Positions 32,217 through 42,897 are shown, counted from the first letter of the stretch. The stretch: 64,000 bases of DNA from a bacterium (GCA_963675755.2 CAXXMD010000003.1:1856001-1920000), one strand, 5' to 3'. Numbers and translations are program-made. The notes: a model not told the origin generated them from the sequence alone.

Positions 32217-35200
32217 ATGAAATTTAAAAGACTGATTTTTTCATCAGCGGTATTGTTGTTACTGGGAATATGGATGTCTGGATTTGCCGCACAAGTTGCT
32301 CCCCAGGCCAAAAATATTGCTGAAAATATAACGGCAACAACGAACTCGATGGATTTTAAAGCAGTCCAACAGTCTCTGAGTGCTGCTGTGGGTCCGCTCG
32401 ATCGTTCGTTGATAAATTCACTAAAGTCAGGCGCTACTCGTCTGCAAATTGATAAAGATGTTCAGGAAAACAGCACGCCTGATTTATTGGTGCCTCAGTT
32501 TACCCGTGCTGTATATGAACTGGCGGCAAAAAGTTCTATTGCTGATGTTTATCAACAATTCACTGAACAAGAACAGTTGAAAACTATTGATGCCGATGGT
32601 GGAATAAGCGGTACTGTTCTGGTTGATGGGAGCTCATTTGAAAATGAGGTGCTGATTATAGCGTTTGATGCATTCGGATACTATGCCGGTGTAGCAATGC
32701 TGGACTATTATGATACAGAGTATGAAATTGCAAACTTGCCGGATGGTGAGTATTATGTGTTGACATTGAGCCAAACATTCGTCGATGAGATTTATGATAA
32801 TATACAGGCTCCATTAAGATCTCTTGAAACCTGGCGTTCTGCAACAACAGTAACTGTAAGCGGTTCTGTTGTAACGGGTATAGATTTTGATCTTCAATCC
32901 GGTGCAATGATCAGTGGAGTTATTTATCAGGCTGATGGTGTAACTCCTCTCGAGTGGGATGGTGTTGATATAATCGTAACCAAAGCAAACTCACCCATGC
33001 AGGTTTCTTATCAATATATCTATACTGATGGAACGGGTGCATTTGATGAATTAATGGTTCCATTTGTAGGAGATGTCAAGATACATGCATCCAGTTATGA
33101 TACAGATGGAGAGGCATGGTACCCTGATCAATTGGAATGGCAAAACGGTCAAACCATTTCTATTACCAGTTATGATGATGTCATTTCAGGTATTAATTTT
33201 AATTTACAAAATACAGGTTCTGAGACAGAGCTTACGGGTTCTGTTTCCGGAGCAATTACAGCAAGCGGAGCATTGTTTCCTCCCTTGTTGAGTATTGTTG
33301 TTGCCTATGACGCAGAAAATATGAGCTTTGCCGGTTTGGGTTTGGCTTTGCTTGGAAGTTATGTGATTGAAGACCTTCCGGTTGGCAGTTATTATCTTTA
33401 TGCAGATGATTATCTGGGCGAGTTGTTTGATTCTGATAATTATCTTGGCGAATTTTACAATAATGCGCATTTAATTGCTGATGCTACTCCGGTGCAGGTT
33501 TTGGAAGAGCAGGAAACAGGTAATATTAATTTCCAACTGGATGCTGGTGGTTCTATATCCGGTAAAGTTACAAAAGCTGGTGGTGCTGCACTTGATTCAT
33601 TGCTGATGATTGCTGTGAATGCAAATGTGCTTGGCGATACTGATGAGCCTTTTCCAGCTAGTTTGGGATTAGGAATTGCTTTCACTGATCTTTCTGGTAA
33701 TTACACATTTAAAGGATTGCCAACCGGTGAATACATTATCCGAACAATCTCTGATTTTTATATTAATTTAGATCTGAATAATCTGGATCTTGACAGTTTA
33801 GACAGTATCATTCCACCCGGAAAGCACAAAGGTCAGGTGGTTGATGAATATTATAACGACGTTACCGGAATACTTGAAATTGCTGATGCAACCCGTATTC
33901 CTTTAACAGAGCCACAGTCCGTAACCGGAATAAATATTGAACTGGCAGCAGGAAGCTTTATCAGCGGTTCTATTACTGATGCAGTAAGCGGCGATCCTGT
34001 ATCGAATGCATTGCTGGTTGCTGTTGATAGTGAAACCGGTTTCCCCAAATATTTTGTTGGCAATATCAGCAGCCTGCTGGGCATGGAAGACGAGCTGGAT
34101 CTGTCATTTATTATGCCGGGAATTATTGATGAAGATGGTTCTTATAGTTTGGGACCCTTACCCCAAGGTAGTTACAAGTTGTTTTTACTGCCGGGAGATG
34201 TTGACGGCAATCTTTATCTGCCTGAATTCTATGACAGTAAATCCAGTTTTGATGCAGCAACTGTAATCAATCTGGGTGCTTCTAACGCAACAAACGTCAA
34301 CTTTACACTTGATGTTGGTGCTATAGTTCAGGGTTATGTTGAAATTGCGAATGGCTATCCTGCAGGCGCAGATGAAATACAAAAATTCCCTGTTATCGTA
34401 TATGATACTGCAAATGGTGATGCCATTGCATACGACTTTGTACAGTTTAATGGTGGTTATAGAGTTGATTACTTGCCAGTAGGAAATTACAAAGTTGCCG
34501 CATTACCTTTGAATTCTGATTATGCTGTTACGTATTTGGGTGGCGGAACCTCATACAGTGATGCAAATTCAACAACACTGTCAATTGATTTTGGAGAGGT
34601 TCATACAGAAAATATCGTTCTGGATGCTGCAACCGGTTCTATTAGTGGAAACATTTCGAATATAGGCAATACATCCTCACTTTCAATGGTAACCGTTGTT
34701 GCATTTGATATGGGTGGACATATTGCAGGATTTGGAACCAGTGATTACAATATCCTAACCAATGAACATGCTGATACTGAAAGTGGTGATTACACAGTAT
34801 CCGGTTTAAGAAACGGCAGCTATTATCTCCGTACATTCAGCTATACTACTTTACTTGACCTTGTAAATGGTCTGGTAGGTATGGTGAATGGCGAAGACAG
34901 TGGTTTAGACTTGGATGTTCTGTTGAGTGGTGATCTGGATACGGGTATACTTGATCTTGAATTGGGAATGTATGCAGATGTTTGGTATCCCAATGTTCCC
35001 GTAGCAATTGATATGGATCTTGATCAAATCATGTTCAAGTTCCTCTATTATGGAATTTCAAGCATGTATGATAATGCAATTCTGCCGGTATATTTCCCGT
35101 TCCCATTCTATCAGAGTGTACCTGGTGGTGCAAGTGCGGTTACTGTTAGTGGTGGAGGAAACACCGGTAATATTAATTTCTTACTTGATGAAACTGATTT

Positions 35201-35528
35201 GATAACCATTCTGACGGATGTTGAAGAAGAAGATGCCGCACAGGTTCCCACAACATTCCAGGTAAATCAGAATTACCCGAATCCTTTCAACCCCAGTACA
35301 ACAATCTCTTTCCGCTTGCCTGAATACAGTCATGTTTCTGTAGAGATCTATGATACATTGGGTCGTTCAATCAATACACTGGCTGATGCAGATTTTCATC
35401 CGGGTATGCACAATGTTTCCTGGAATGGAAATAATTCTCAGGGTCAACAGGTTGCAGCGGGATTGTATTTTGCAAGAGTTAAAACTCCTGAAAACCAAAC
35501 GACCATTAAAATGTTGTTTGTAAAATAA
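32217..35528 (+). CDS. Large secreted repeat protein (carboxypeptidase-regulatory/Cna-B-like beta-sandwich repeats) with T9SS-like/FlgD-Ig C-terminal domain
   Basis: Signal peptide, repeated ISG.V...Y.I..LP.G.Y...E(F/Y)Y(D/N)...A...V.GI(N/D)F.L units, and tail QNYPNPFNP...W.G....AAGLYF. Confidence 0.82.
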   Translation: MKFKRLIFSSAVLLLLGIWMSGFAAQVAPQAKNIAENITATTNSMDFKAVQQSLSAAVGPLDRSLINSLKSGATRLQIDKDVQENSTPDLLVPQFTRAVYELAAKSSIADVYQQFTEQEQLKTIDADGGISGTVLVDGSSFENEVLIIAFDAFGYYAGVAMLDYYDTEYEIANLPDGEYYVLTLSQTFVDEIYDNIQAPLRSLETWRSATTVTVSGSVVTGIDFDLQSGAMISGVIYQADGVTPLEWDGVDIIVTKANSPMQVSYQYIYTDGTGAFDELMVPFVGDVKIHASSYDTDGEAWYPDQLEWQNGQTISITSYDDVISGINFNLQNTGSETELTGSVSGAITASGALFPPLLSIVVAYDAENMSFAGLGLALLGSYVIEDLPVGSYYLYADDYLGELFDSDNYLGEFYNNAHLIADATPVQVLEEQETGNINFQLDAGGSISGKVTKAGGAALDSLLMIAVNANVLGDTDEPFPASLGLGIAFTDLSGNYTFKGLPTGEYIIRTISDFYINLDLNNLDLDSLDSIIPPGKHKGQVVDEYYNDVTGILEIADATRIPLTEPQSVTGINIELAAGSFISGSITDAVSGDPVSNALLVAVDSETGFPKYFVGNISSLLGMEDELDLSFIMPGIIDEDGSYSLGPLPQGSYKLFLLPGDVDGNLYLPEFYDSKSSFDAATVINLGASNATNVNFTLDVGAIVQGYVEIANGYPAGADEIQKFPVIVYDTANGDAIAYDFVQFNGGYRVDYLPVGNYKVAALPLNSDYAVTYLGGGTSYSDANSTTLSIDFGEVHTENIVLDAATGSISGNISNIGNTSSLSMVTVVAFDMGGHIAGFGTSDYNILTNEHADTESGDYTVSGLRNGSYYLRTFSYTTLLDLVNGLVGMVNGEDSGLDLDVLLSGDLDTGILDLELGMYADVWYPNVPVAIDMDLDQIMFKFLYYGISSMYDNAILPVYFPFPFYQSVPGGASAVTVSGGGNTGNINFLLDETDLITILTDVEEEDAAQVPTTFQVNQNYPNPFNPSTTISFRLPEYSHVSVEIYDTLGRSINTLADADFHPGMHNVSWNGNNSQGQQVAAGLYFARVKTPENQTTIKMLFVK

Positions 35529-35558
35529 TTGTGTTTTTACATAAAAATTGAGTATATT

Positions 35559-35590
35559 AAAGCCGGGCTTTTCCTTCCCGGCTTTTTTTA
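35559..35590 (+). terminator. Intrinsic terminator
   Basis: AAAGCCGGG-cttttcctt-CCCGGCTTT followed by a T run. Confidence 0.8.
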
Positions 35591-35669
35591 TTGATTAATG
35601 CTAAAGTATTCATTATTTTAACTTTGGAAATTGAACGAATTACCGGATCATATGACAGTATTTAATGTA

Positions 35670-38600
35670 ATGAAAAAGATTAGTTTATGGATACTGATAA
35701 CGCTGGTTGTTGTCGGTTCTGTGTCTGCAAAAGAAGAAATTACTATCATTGAAAAGTCAGATTCTTTCCTGAGGGGGAAAATTAATTTTCCTATACCGGA
35801 TATCCAAACGGTAACTCTGGAAAATAAAGAATTTTCTCATATTTCAATAGCCGACTATCCTGTTTTTGCTCAGAATGGAAAATATGCAATGCCCTATTTT
35901 GCCTTGTTGCTTCACATGTATGGCAAAGATGCAAGTATTCATATCCTTTCTGAAGTGAAAACGGATGTATCTATACTTTCACCTGAAGAATTTAAGCCGG
36001 ATATTGCTCTGGGCAAAGAGGGTAATGAAAATATTTCAGGTGAGATCCAAAGTGTTTCCGGGCAACCCGGATTGAGAAAAATCGGATCTCTTGAAGGAAA
36101 CGAGTTATGGGCGGCAGATTTTTTTCCATATTATTATAATCCTGCTAAAGAGGTTTTAACCGTCAGTACAGAGATTGTTTTTGAAATACGGTTAAATGCA
36201 AACTCTGGCGGCATACTGGTTCCCCAGGCGGAAAGAGAAAAAATAACTTCGCTGGGAGCCTTATCACTTGCATCTCGCAAGTCAACCTCTCCGGTTTCTC
36301 TGAGCAAGACCGCGGAGGATGTTTTTGAAAAATGGAAGCTACTTGTTGCTGAGGATGGATTTTATCATATTACAGGTTTTGATTTAAGCGAAGCGGGAAT
36401 ACGGCTTGCTGATGTTGATATCAAAAAATTAAAATTAACATCTGATGGAAAAATTGTTCCAATCTATGTACATGGATGGGAAGACGGCAGTTTTGATGTT
36501 GATGATTATTTTGAATTCTGGGGTGAATATCATCGTTACAAGCCGATTACATCTCTAACAGATATTTATACCGATCCCTATTCTTCTACAAATGTTTATG
36601 TGTTGTCATGGAATGCTGAACAAACCCAATGGATGGTTGATGAAGAAGCCCAGGTATCCAGCACTGCCGGAATTCAATATATTTCACCCACCTTTTTCCA
36701 TGATACTGTACACGAAGAAAAAGATGTGTATTTTGAAAGATTTGGTACCATTGCCAATGATGTAGAGCGGGACCATTGGTTTTATGATAGTGGTATCCGG
36801 TCTGGACAAAAACAGGTTTATACTGTAAATTTGTGGGACCCGGATGTTCAATCGACAGAAAGCATCGAGTGCAAAATCTCCATGAGTGGCAGAACCAGTT
36901 CTGATACTTTGATACATTCTGTTTCGGTTTATTTGAATGACAGCTATTTATACCAAAATCAATGGTGGGGTCAGAGTTTTATCGAAATGAATCTCGAGGG
37001 TAATAACGCACCCAGTGGCGTTGATCTTGAAAACGGAAGTAATACTATTTCTATATTGAATACTGGTGATCCGCAATATTTTGATTATGTCCTTTTTAAC
37101 TGGGCGGATATCACATATCCCCGTTTATACAGAGCCCATGAAAACCAATTAAAGTTTACTGTTCCCCGGTCTTTTGAACCGGGAACCTATGTGTTTAAAA
37201 TAGATGGTTTTGACAGACAGCAAGTGGATGTCTATAAAATTAATACAAGTAAAATGCTGGGTGTTGATGTTGAAGCTTATGCGGAAAGTAACAGCAAAAG
37301 AGATCTTTACAAGATCAGCTTTCAGGATGTGGTAACTTCGGCTGCAACAGAGTATGTTGCCGTAACTCAGGATGCCAAGTTGAAACCTGTTGCAATTGTT
37401 CAGGACGAACCCACTCAACTGAAAAGCTCACAGGTATCTGCAGATTACATTATTATTTCTCACCCAAGATTTCTGGATGTACCGGCAGTAGATGAACTGA
37501 TTGATCTAAGGCAGTCTCAGGGTTTGCAAACCTTAAAAATTGATATCAATGATATTTATGACGAGTTTAATCATGGCAAGATCAGTGCGCATGCCATAAA
37601 AGATTTTATCTCATACGCGTATCATAACTGGTCTGAGCCTCAGTTGAAATATGTTCTGCTTTTGGGTGATGGTTGTTACCTGCGTTATACGGAAGATGAT
37701 ACGCTTGATCTTGTTCCTGCATATATGCGTCAAACCTTTAAATTTGGTGCGGCTGCCAGTGATTACTGGTATACCCTGGTTGATGGTGATGATGAAATTC
37801 CGGATTTGAATATTGGACGAATTCCGGCAAGAGAACCAGAAGAAGCTGAAAAAATTATCAACAAGATTATTGCTTATGAAACCTCTGCTCCATCAGGAGA
37901 TTGGCGAAATCGTATACTCTATATTGGTGGAAATGATATCCTGTTCCGTCAGCAAGGACTTACCTTGTCGCAAACAGCACCCAAAGATTTAAATACGGAA
38001 ATGTTGTTTACCTACCGTGATCAAACATTGGCGAGTGACCCATATTTTGGCGGTACTCTGGATCTGCTTGATTATTTTAATAATGGCTGTACGGTTATGA
38101 CTTTTCACGGACATGGTGGTGGAGCTATTTGGGCGGATAATGGATTATTGCGTATTGAAGATGCTGACCAGATAAACAGCGACAGTAAACTTGCATTTAT
38201 TCTCAGTATGACCTGTTTTACAGGATCTTTTGAATCACCTTCACGAGAGTCTCTGGCTGACGCTTTATTATTCGCAGAGAACGAAGGTATTGTAGCTATG
38301 CTGGGTGCAAGTGGTTATGGATGGGAATTGAACGACTATTTGCTTGAACGGGAAATTCTTAACTATATGTACAAGCATCCCCATCAGACCATTGGTGAAA
38401 TAGTTAATGCCGGCAAAGTTTTGTATTATTCAAAATACAACCAGGTACAATCCAAAACAGAAATCAATCAATATCATATCTTTGGTGATCCGGCAACACG
38501 CCTTGTATTGCCAACGCAAAAAGCTGTTGTGAGCCTTGATTCACAAATTCTGCAAAAGGGAGAAATCTTTACGGTTAACGCGGAATTCCCCTTTTCAGAT

Positions 38601-40454
38601 GGAAGTGGTACAATTGCAGTGATTGACAGTGCAAAGAATGATGTTATGACCCGCGACTTTTTTATTGTTAACGGTAAAACTTCTTCACAGCTGGTTGTTG
38701 ATCCTGGTTTTGAGTCATTATCCGGGGCTGTACGTGTTTTTGCTGAAAATGATCTGGGCACAGAGCAAGCCAATGGTTCCGCTCTATTCTCATTGAGTCA
38801 GGTATTGTTTGATTCCTCACGTACTGTTATCTCTTCCTCAGACAGTATCCGTTACTTTGCCAAAATTATTTCATCTTTGGATTTAGATAGTGTCTTCTGT
38901 GTCACATTGGGTGATACCCTAATCATGTCTGCCCTTGATAATAATTGGTACAAAAGTGATCAAGGTATAAAGAATACGAATTCAATGGAGATCAGTTACC
39001 AGTTTATTGCCAAAACCACCAGTGGTAGAGTATATAAAAGTATCTATTATGTTGATGAAAAGAAAAAAGGCGCCGACCTTACTTTTGATTATCAGTCAAT
39101 AAAATTAACAGGGGAAACACAGGTAGAACTGTCTGCCCGGATTTTAAATTATGGTGATACAGATGCCTTTGACATACCTGTTCAATTCTATATCAGAAAA
39201 GATGACAGCTTGTGGCAGCCTTTGGTTAGTAAAACAATACAGGTTAACGCGTATTCATTTGCAGACATCTCTTTGCCGGTTGCATTACCAGCTGGCAGAC
39301 ATTTATGCAGATTGCAAATCGATCCGGATAGTTTGTACAGGGATACCAATTTTTATAATAATTTTTATAATTTTTATCAGCAGGTGGATCTGTTCAATTT
39401 TGTGCCGGGTACGGGTATTCAATACGGAACAAGCTATTTAGATACACTTGCCTTGGATTCAACTTTTACTTTATATGTACCCAAATCTGTTATGGCAGAG
39501 AATAGCGTGTTTGGTTTTGAAAAACAGAATTCTGTTGTTATTTATGAACAACCTGACTTTCAACCACTTTTTGATGTACCGGTTTATGATATTAACGTAC
39601 CTGGTATGGAGGGAGAATTTGTTAATCCTGTACAGGTTCGCTTTATATTATCAGATACGGTTCAATATATTTTAGATTCAACGGCAGTAGATTATTCAAT
39701 TTTTACATATTCAGATATTTCAAAAAAATGGAGCAGAGTAGAAACCGAAAAAGAAGACAGCTTGTTGACGGCTTCTCTTTATGCACCGGGTCTGGTAACC
39801 GTTCTGACTAGCCAGGATACACAGTTGCCGGATGTTGAGGTTTCTATTGACGGTCAACCTTATTCCAAAGATAAATATATTAGTCCTGATCCCAAGTTCA
39901 CACTTGTATTTCAGGATGACAATGGCATTCTGGTTGAATCTATCAAGGTCATTTTAAACGGTGCAGAACAAAGCATGCAGGATCTGGGCATTCCGGATAC
40001 GGTCTTGAATGCAAATCAGATAACAGCAAAGCTTACGCCAGACTTGACTACCGGCAGTCACACTATGAATGTACGGTGTATGGATTGTAATGGAAATTTA
40101 TTGATTTCTGAAGAATACAGCTTTAAAACTGCAGAGAAATTTGACGTGCAAATGCTGGGTAATTATCCAAATCCATTCCAGGAAGAAACACTGTTTGCAT
40201 ATTTTTTCACCATCCCGGTAGACAAGGTTGAATTGAAAATTTATACTGCATCTGGCAGGTTGATCAGAGATTTGAATCCACTGCTGATTAGCAGTGATCC
40301 CAATCCTTTAAGTGCGGATTATCATGAAGTCCAATGGGATGCGTTGGATATGAACGGAAATCAACTGGCAAATGGTGTTTATTTTTACAAATTAACGGTA
40401 ACTGCCAATGGCGAGACCAAGAAAATAATGGGCAAAATTGCAAAATTGAAATAA
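35670..40454 (+). CDS. C25 family cysteine peptidase (gingipain/PorU sortase-like) with CARDB-like and T9SS-like C-terminal domains
   Basis: ADYIII, DIYDEFN.G, KYVLLLGD, ASDYWY, IGRIP, catalytic FHGHGG and MTCFTG, IFGDPA, and tail NYPNPF...ANGVYFYKL. Confidence 0.88.
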   Translation: MKKISLWILITLVVVGSVSAKEEITIIEKSDSFLRGKINFPIPDIQTVTLENKEFSHISIADYPVFAQNGKYAMPYFALLLHMYGKDASIHILSEVKTDVSILSPEEFKPDIALGKEGNENISGEIQSVSGQPGLRKIGSLEGNELWAADFFPYYYNPAKEVLTVSTEIVFEIRLNANSGGILVPQAEREKITSLGALSLASRKSTSPVSLSKTAEDVFEKWKLLVAEDGFYHITGFDLSEAGIRLADVDIKKLKLTSDGKIVPIYVHGWEDGSFDVDDYFEFWGEYHRYKPITSLTDIYTDPYSSTNVYVLSWNAEQTQWMVDEEAQVSSTAGIQYISPTFFHDTVHEEKDVYFERFGTIANDVERDHWFYDSGIRSGQKQVYTVNLWDPDVQSTESIECKISMSGRTSSDTLIHSVSVYLNDSYLYQNQWWGQSFIEMNLEGNNAPSGVDLENGSNTISILNTGDPQYFDYVLFNWADITYPRLYRAHENQLKFTVPRSFEPGTYVFKIDGFDRQQVDVYKINTSKMLGVDVEAYAESNSKRDLYKISFQDVVTSAATEYVAVTQDAKLKPVAIVQDEPTQLKSSQVSADYIIISHPRFLDVPAVDELIDLRQSQGLQTLKIDINDIYDEFNHGKISAHAIKDFISYAYHNWSEPQLKYVLLLGDGCYLRYTEDDTLDLVPAYMRQTFKFGAAASDYWYTLVDGDDEIPDLNIGRIPAREPEEAEKIINKIIAYETSAPSGDWRNRILYIGGNDILFRQQGLTLSQTAPKDLNTEMLFTYRDQTLASDPYFGGTLDLLDYFNNGCTVMTFHGHGGGAIWADNGLLRIEDADQINSDSKLAFILSMTCFTGSFESPSRESLADALLFAENEGIVAMLGASGYGWELNDYLLEREILNYMYKHPHQTIGEIVNAGKVLYYSKYNQVQSKTEINQYHIFGDPATRLVLPTQKAVVSLDSQILQKGEIFTVNAEFPFSDGSGTIAVIDSAKNDVMTRDFFIVNGKTSSQLVVDPGFESLSGAVRVFAENDLGTEQANGSALFSLSQVLFDSSRTVISSSDSIRYFAKIISSLDLDSVFCVTLGDTLIMSALDNNWYKSDQGIKNTNSMEISYQFIAKTTSGRVYKSIYYVDEKKKGADLTFDYQSIKLTGETQVELSARILNYGDTDAFDIPVQFYIRKDDSLWQPLVSKTIQVNAYSFADISLPVALPAGRHLCRLQIDPDSLYRDTNFYNNFYNFYQQVDLFNFVPGTGIQYGTSYLDTLALDSTFTLYVPKSVMAENSVFGFEKQNSVVIYEQPDFQPLFDVPVYDINVPGMEGEFVNPVQVRFILSDTVQYILDSTAVDYSIFTYSDISKKWSRVETEKEDSLLTASLYAPGLVTVLTSQDTQLPDVEVSIDGQPYSKDKYISPDPKFTLVFQDDNGILVESIKVILNGAEQSMQDLGIPDTVLNANQITAKLTPDLTTGSHTMNVRCMDCNGNLLISEEYSFKTAEKFDVQMLGNYPNPFQEETLFAYFFTIPVDKVELKIYTASGRLIRDLNPLLISSDPNPLSADYHEVQWDALDMNGNQLANGVYFYKLTVTANGETKKIMGKIAKLK

Positions 40455-40458
40455 ATCT

Positions 40459-41526
40459 ATGAAAAAGATAAAAATCCATAAAATATCAATTCGTTATTTA
40501 TTGTGTCTGTTGGTCCTGTTTGCATTTGCGAATGTAAATGCACAGGATGATACGGGTGAAAGTTCGGGGGGACGTTATGCCGGTGCATCGATGGAACTTG
40601 GCGTTGGAGCCAGGGCCCTTGCAATTGGCGGAGCTGCAACTGCAATGTCAGGATCTGCTGATTTGTTTCATTACAATCCGGCTTCTCTGGCGTTAATTAA
40701 AAATGCGGCAATCAGCTTAATGTATGCTCCTTCATTTGAGAGCTTTTCATCACCACTGGCTAATTATCATTATGCTGGCTTTGCTTATCCTTTACCGGGT
40801 GGAGGAACACTCGCATTGAACTGGACTCGTTTTGCTGTTGACGAGATACCCATTTATCCAAGCCCTAAAGGTAGTTCATATGCGGACCGTAACAGTGATA
40901 AATCCTTGCAGCCAACAGGTGAAGCGCTTGGCTATTTCAAAGATGTTGAAGATGTATTTTATATGTCATTTGCCAAGAATATTAAAGCCTACTTGCCGTT
41001 GGGTTGGTTGTATGAAGACGCTCCCATAGAAATTCCATTTGGTATGAACTTTAAAGTTTTGCGACAAAAGTTGTATGATGCCAGTGCGGCAGGATTGGGT
41101 ATAGATATCGGTGCTATGATCAAAGCCGATATGGCAAAAATATTTGATGAAAAATATCTGGGAGATTTTGCCATAGGTCTTTCAGGGCTCGATGTTTCAC
41201 AAACTGCCATTAACTGGGATACAGAGAATGAAACAACGGATCATGTGAAACGAACCTATAGTTTGGGAATGTATTATGGGCAAAAGCTATGGTTCTCGGA
41301 TGCGGTTGTGAATTTATATTGGACACGACGAAAAAAATATGACTTGAATGAACTATATGGTATGGAATTTATGTTAAAGGGGCTGGCGTTACGCTTGGGA
41401 CGGAATGAAGTGGGTATGACAACCGGTGCGGGTTTGCAATTCTGGAAGTTGATTGTTGATTATGCTTTTGTTTCCAATGAACTTGATGATGTGCATCGTG
41501 TCAGCTGTGCATTTTTGTTAAAGTAG
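40459..41526 (+). CDS. PorV/PorQ-like (UPF0164) outer-membrane beta-barrel
   Basis: Signal peptide, LGVGARALAIGGA..A......YNPA.L, GLGIDIG, LRLG....TTGAG...VDYAF....L..VHRVS. Confidence 0.82.
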   Translation: MKKIKIHKISIRYLLCLLVLFAFANVNAQDDTGESSGGRYAGASMELGVGARALAIGGAATAMSGSADLFHYNPASLALIKNAAISLMYAPSFESFSSPLANYHYAGFAYPLPGGGTLALNWTRFAVDEIPIYPSPKGSSYADRNSDKSLQPTGEALGYFKDVEDVFYMSFAKNIKAYLPLGWLYEDAPIEIPFGMNFKVLRQKLYDASAAGLGIDIGAMIKADMAKIFDEKYLGDFAIGLSGLDVSQTAINWDTENETTDHVKRTYSLGMYYGQKLWFSDAVVNLYWTRRKKYDLNELYGMEFMLKGLALRLGRNEVGMTTGAGLQFWKLIVDYAFVSNELDDVHRVSCAFLLK

Positions 41527-41645
41527 ACTTTTTTACGCAAAAGAGAGCTTTTCCGGTATTATATTTTTATGTTGAAAATTGACTTGATTATTATTGATAT
41601 TTTTGTACCTTGTGATTTATAGACTTGAATTGTGGAGATAACTTT

Positions 41646-42854
41646 ATGAATTTTAAAAAGATATTGGTAGTATGCCTGGTTTGGTTTAGCAGCGCGCAAA
41701 TTGCCAGTGCGGTTGTAGTGAATGGAGGGGTTGGACTACCCCATACACGTGCTGCCTGGGTAGCTGAAAAGGGATATTTGACCGTTTTACCGCAAACACG
41801 TTTTTGGGGTAAAGTATCTAAAAATGAAACGGATGATAGCAATGCTTTTACCCTGTGGGTGATTCAGGGACTAGCAAGTGTAAATTATGGTATTAGTGAG
41901 CATTTTAGTTTCAATATTACACCTATTATGTATCAGGATATGAACCAGGGTGAAGACAATGATCAAATGCCATGGGATGCGTTTATGGCTTTAAAGATAG
42001 CAGGTTATGGTAAAGAGGACAGCCCTTTTAAATTTGGTGTTGAACTTGCATCTCGTCTGCCTATTGGTGAACGCCATAACGCTATTTATGAAGATTATAC
42101 CGCGGGTACTGTAGAGTGGGGATTTAATGGCTTGGTGAGCTATACCACTGACGTGCTTTTCCCAAAGGAAGGTTTTAACGCGCATTTGAATTTGGGTTAC
42201 TGGAACCATAATGATGTTGGAGAAACATTGCTTTTGGAAAATGAGTTAAATAGTTGGAAAACAAGACCTGATTGGGGTGATAAAACCAATTCTTACGTAA
42301 ATGTTGTTGATCCCAGTCAGGAATTTAGATATTCTCTGGGTTGTCAATTCCCAACCGAAGGTTTTGACTATGGCCTGGAAATTTACGGTAACAGCTGGAT
42401 TCAGGCTCCACCCAAAGCTGCTGCCAGTCGTGAAAGCTATACCTATTTGAATGCTAGTATTACTTATAAACCTTATAAATGGTTTGATTTTATTGTAAGC
42501 GGTGATTTGTCATTGTCATCAGATAATGAAGAAACCATTGGACCAAGAATGTCACAGCATGATCTGCCCAATTACAGTTCCTGGCGTATGAGTGTTGGAG
42601 CAAAATTTACATTATTGCCTACATCTATTTATAAAGTCAAGGAACGAGATGTTCTCATGCAAAAAGCGGAACAGCGTAGAGAGATTTTTGAACAGATCAT
42701 TAATGAACGTAAAGAAACGGAAACTGCTGAACAGGAATTGATAAGAATTCAACAGGAACGGGAAAAAGCGGAAAAAGAACTGGAACGATTGCGAAGAATT
42801 CTTGAAGGTAAAGAAGAACCCGAATCTCAGGAAAACAATTCAACTCAGGAATAA
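41646..42854 (+). CDS. Hypothetical outer-membrane beta-barrel protein with C-terminal coiled coil
   Basis: Signal peptide, NGG.GL N-terminus, amphipathic strands ending WRMSVGAKF, then an E/R/K/Q-rich helix. Confidence 0.6.
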   Translation: MNFKKILVVCLVWFSSAQIASAVVVNGGVGLPHTRAAWVAEKGYLTVLPQTRFWGKVSKNETDDSNAFTLWVIQGLASVNYGISEHFSFNITPIMYQDMNQGEDNDQMPWDAFMALKIAGYGKEDSPFKFGVELASRLPIGERHNAIYEDYTAGTVEWGFNGLVSYTTDVLFPKEGFNAHLNLGYWNHNDVGETLLLENELNSWKTRPDWGDKTNSYVNVVDPSQEFRYSLGCQFPTEGFDYGLEIYGNSWIQAPPKAAASRESYTYLNASITYKPYKWFDFIVSGDLSLSSDNEETIGPRMSQHDLPNYSSWRMSVGAKFTLLPTSIYKVKERDVLMQKAEQRREIFEQIINERKETETAEQELIRIQQEREKAEKELERLRRILEGKEEPESQENNSTQE

Positions 42855-42857
42855 ATC

Positions 42858-42889
42858 AAGCGCCCTATTAAAGGGGCGCTTTTTTTTTT
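42858..42889 (+). terminator. Intrinsic terminator
   Basis: AAGCGCCC...GGGCGCTT hairpin followed by a long T run. Confidence 0.85.
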
Positions 42890-42897
42890 AGAATGCC

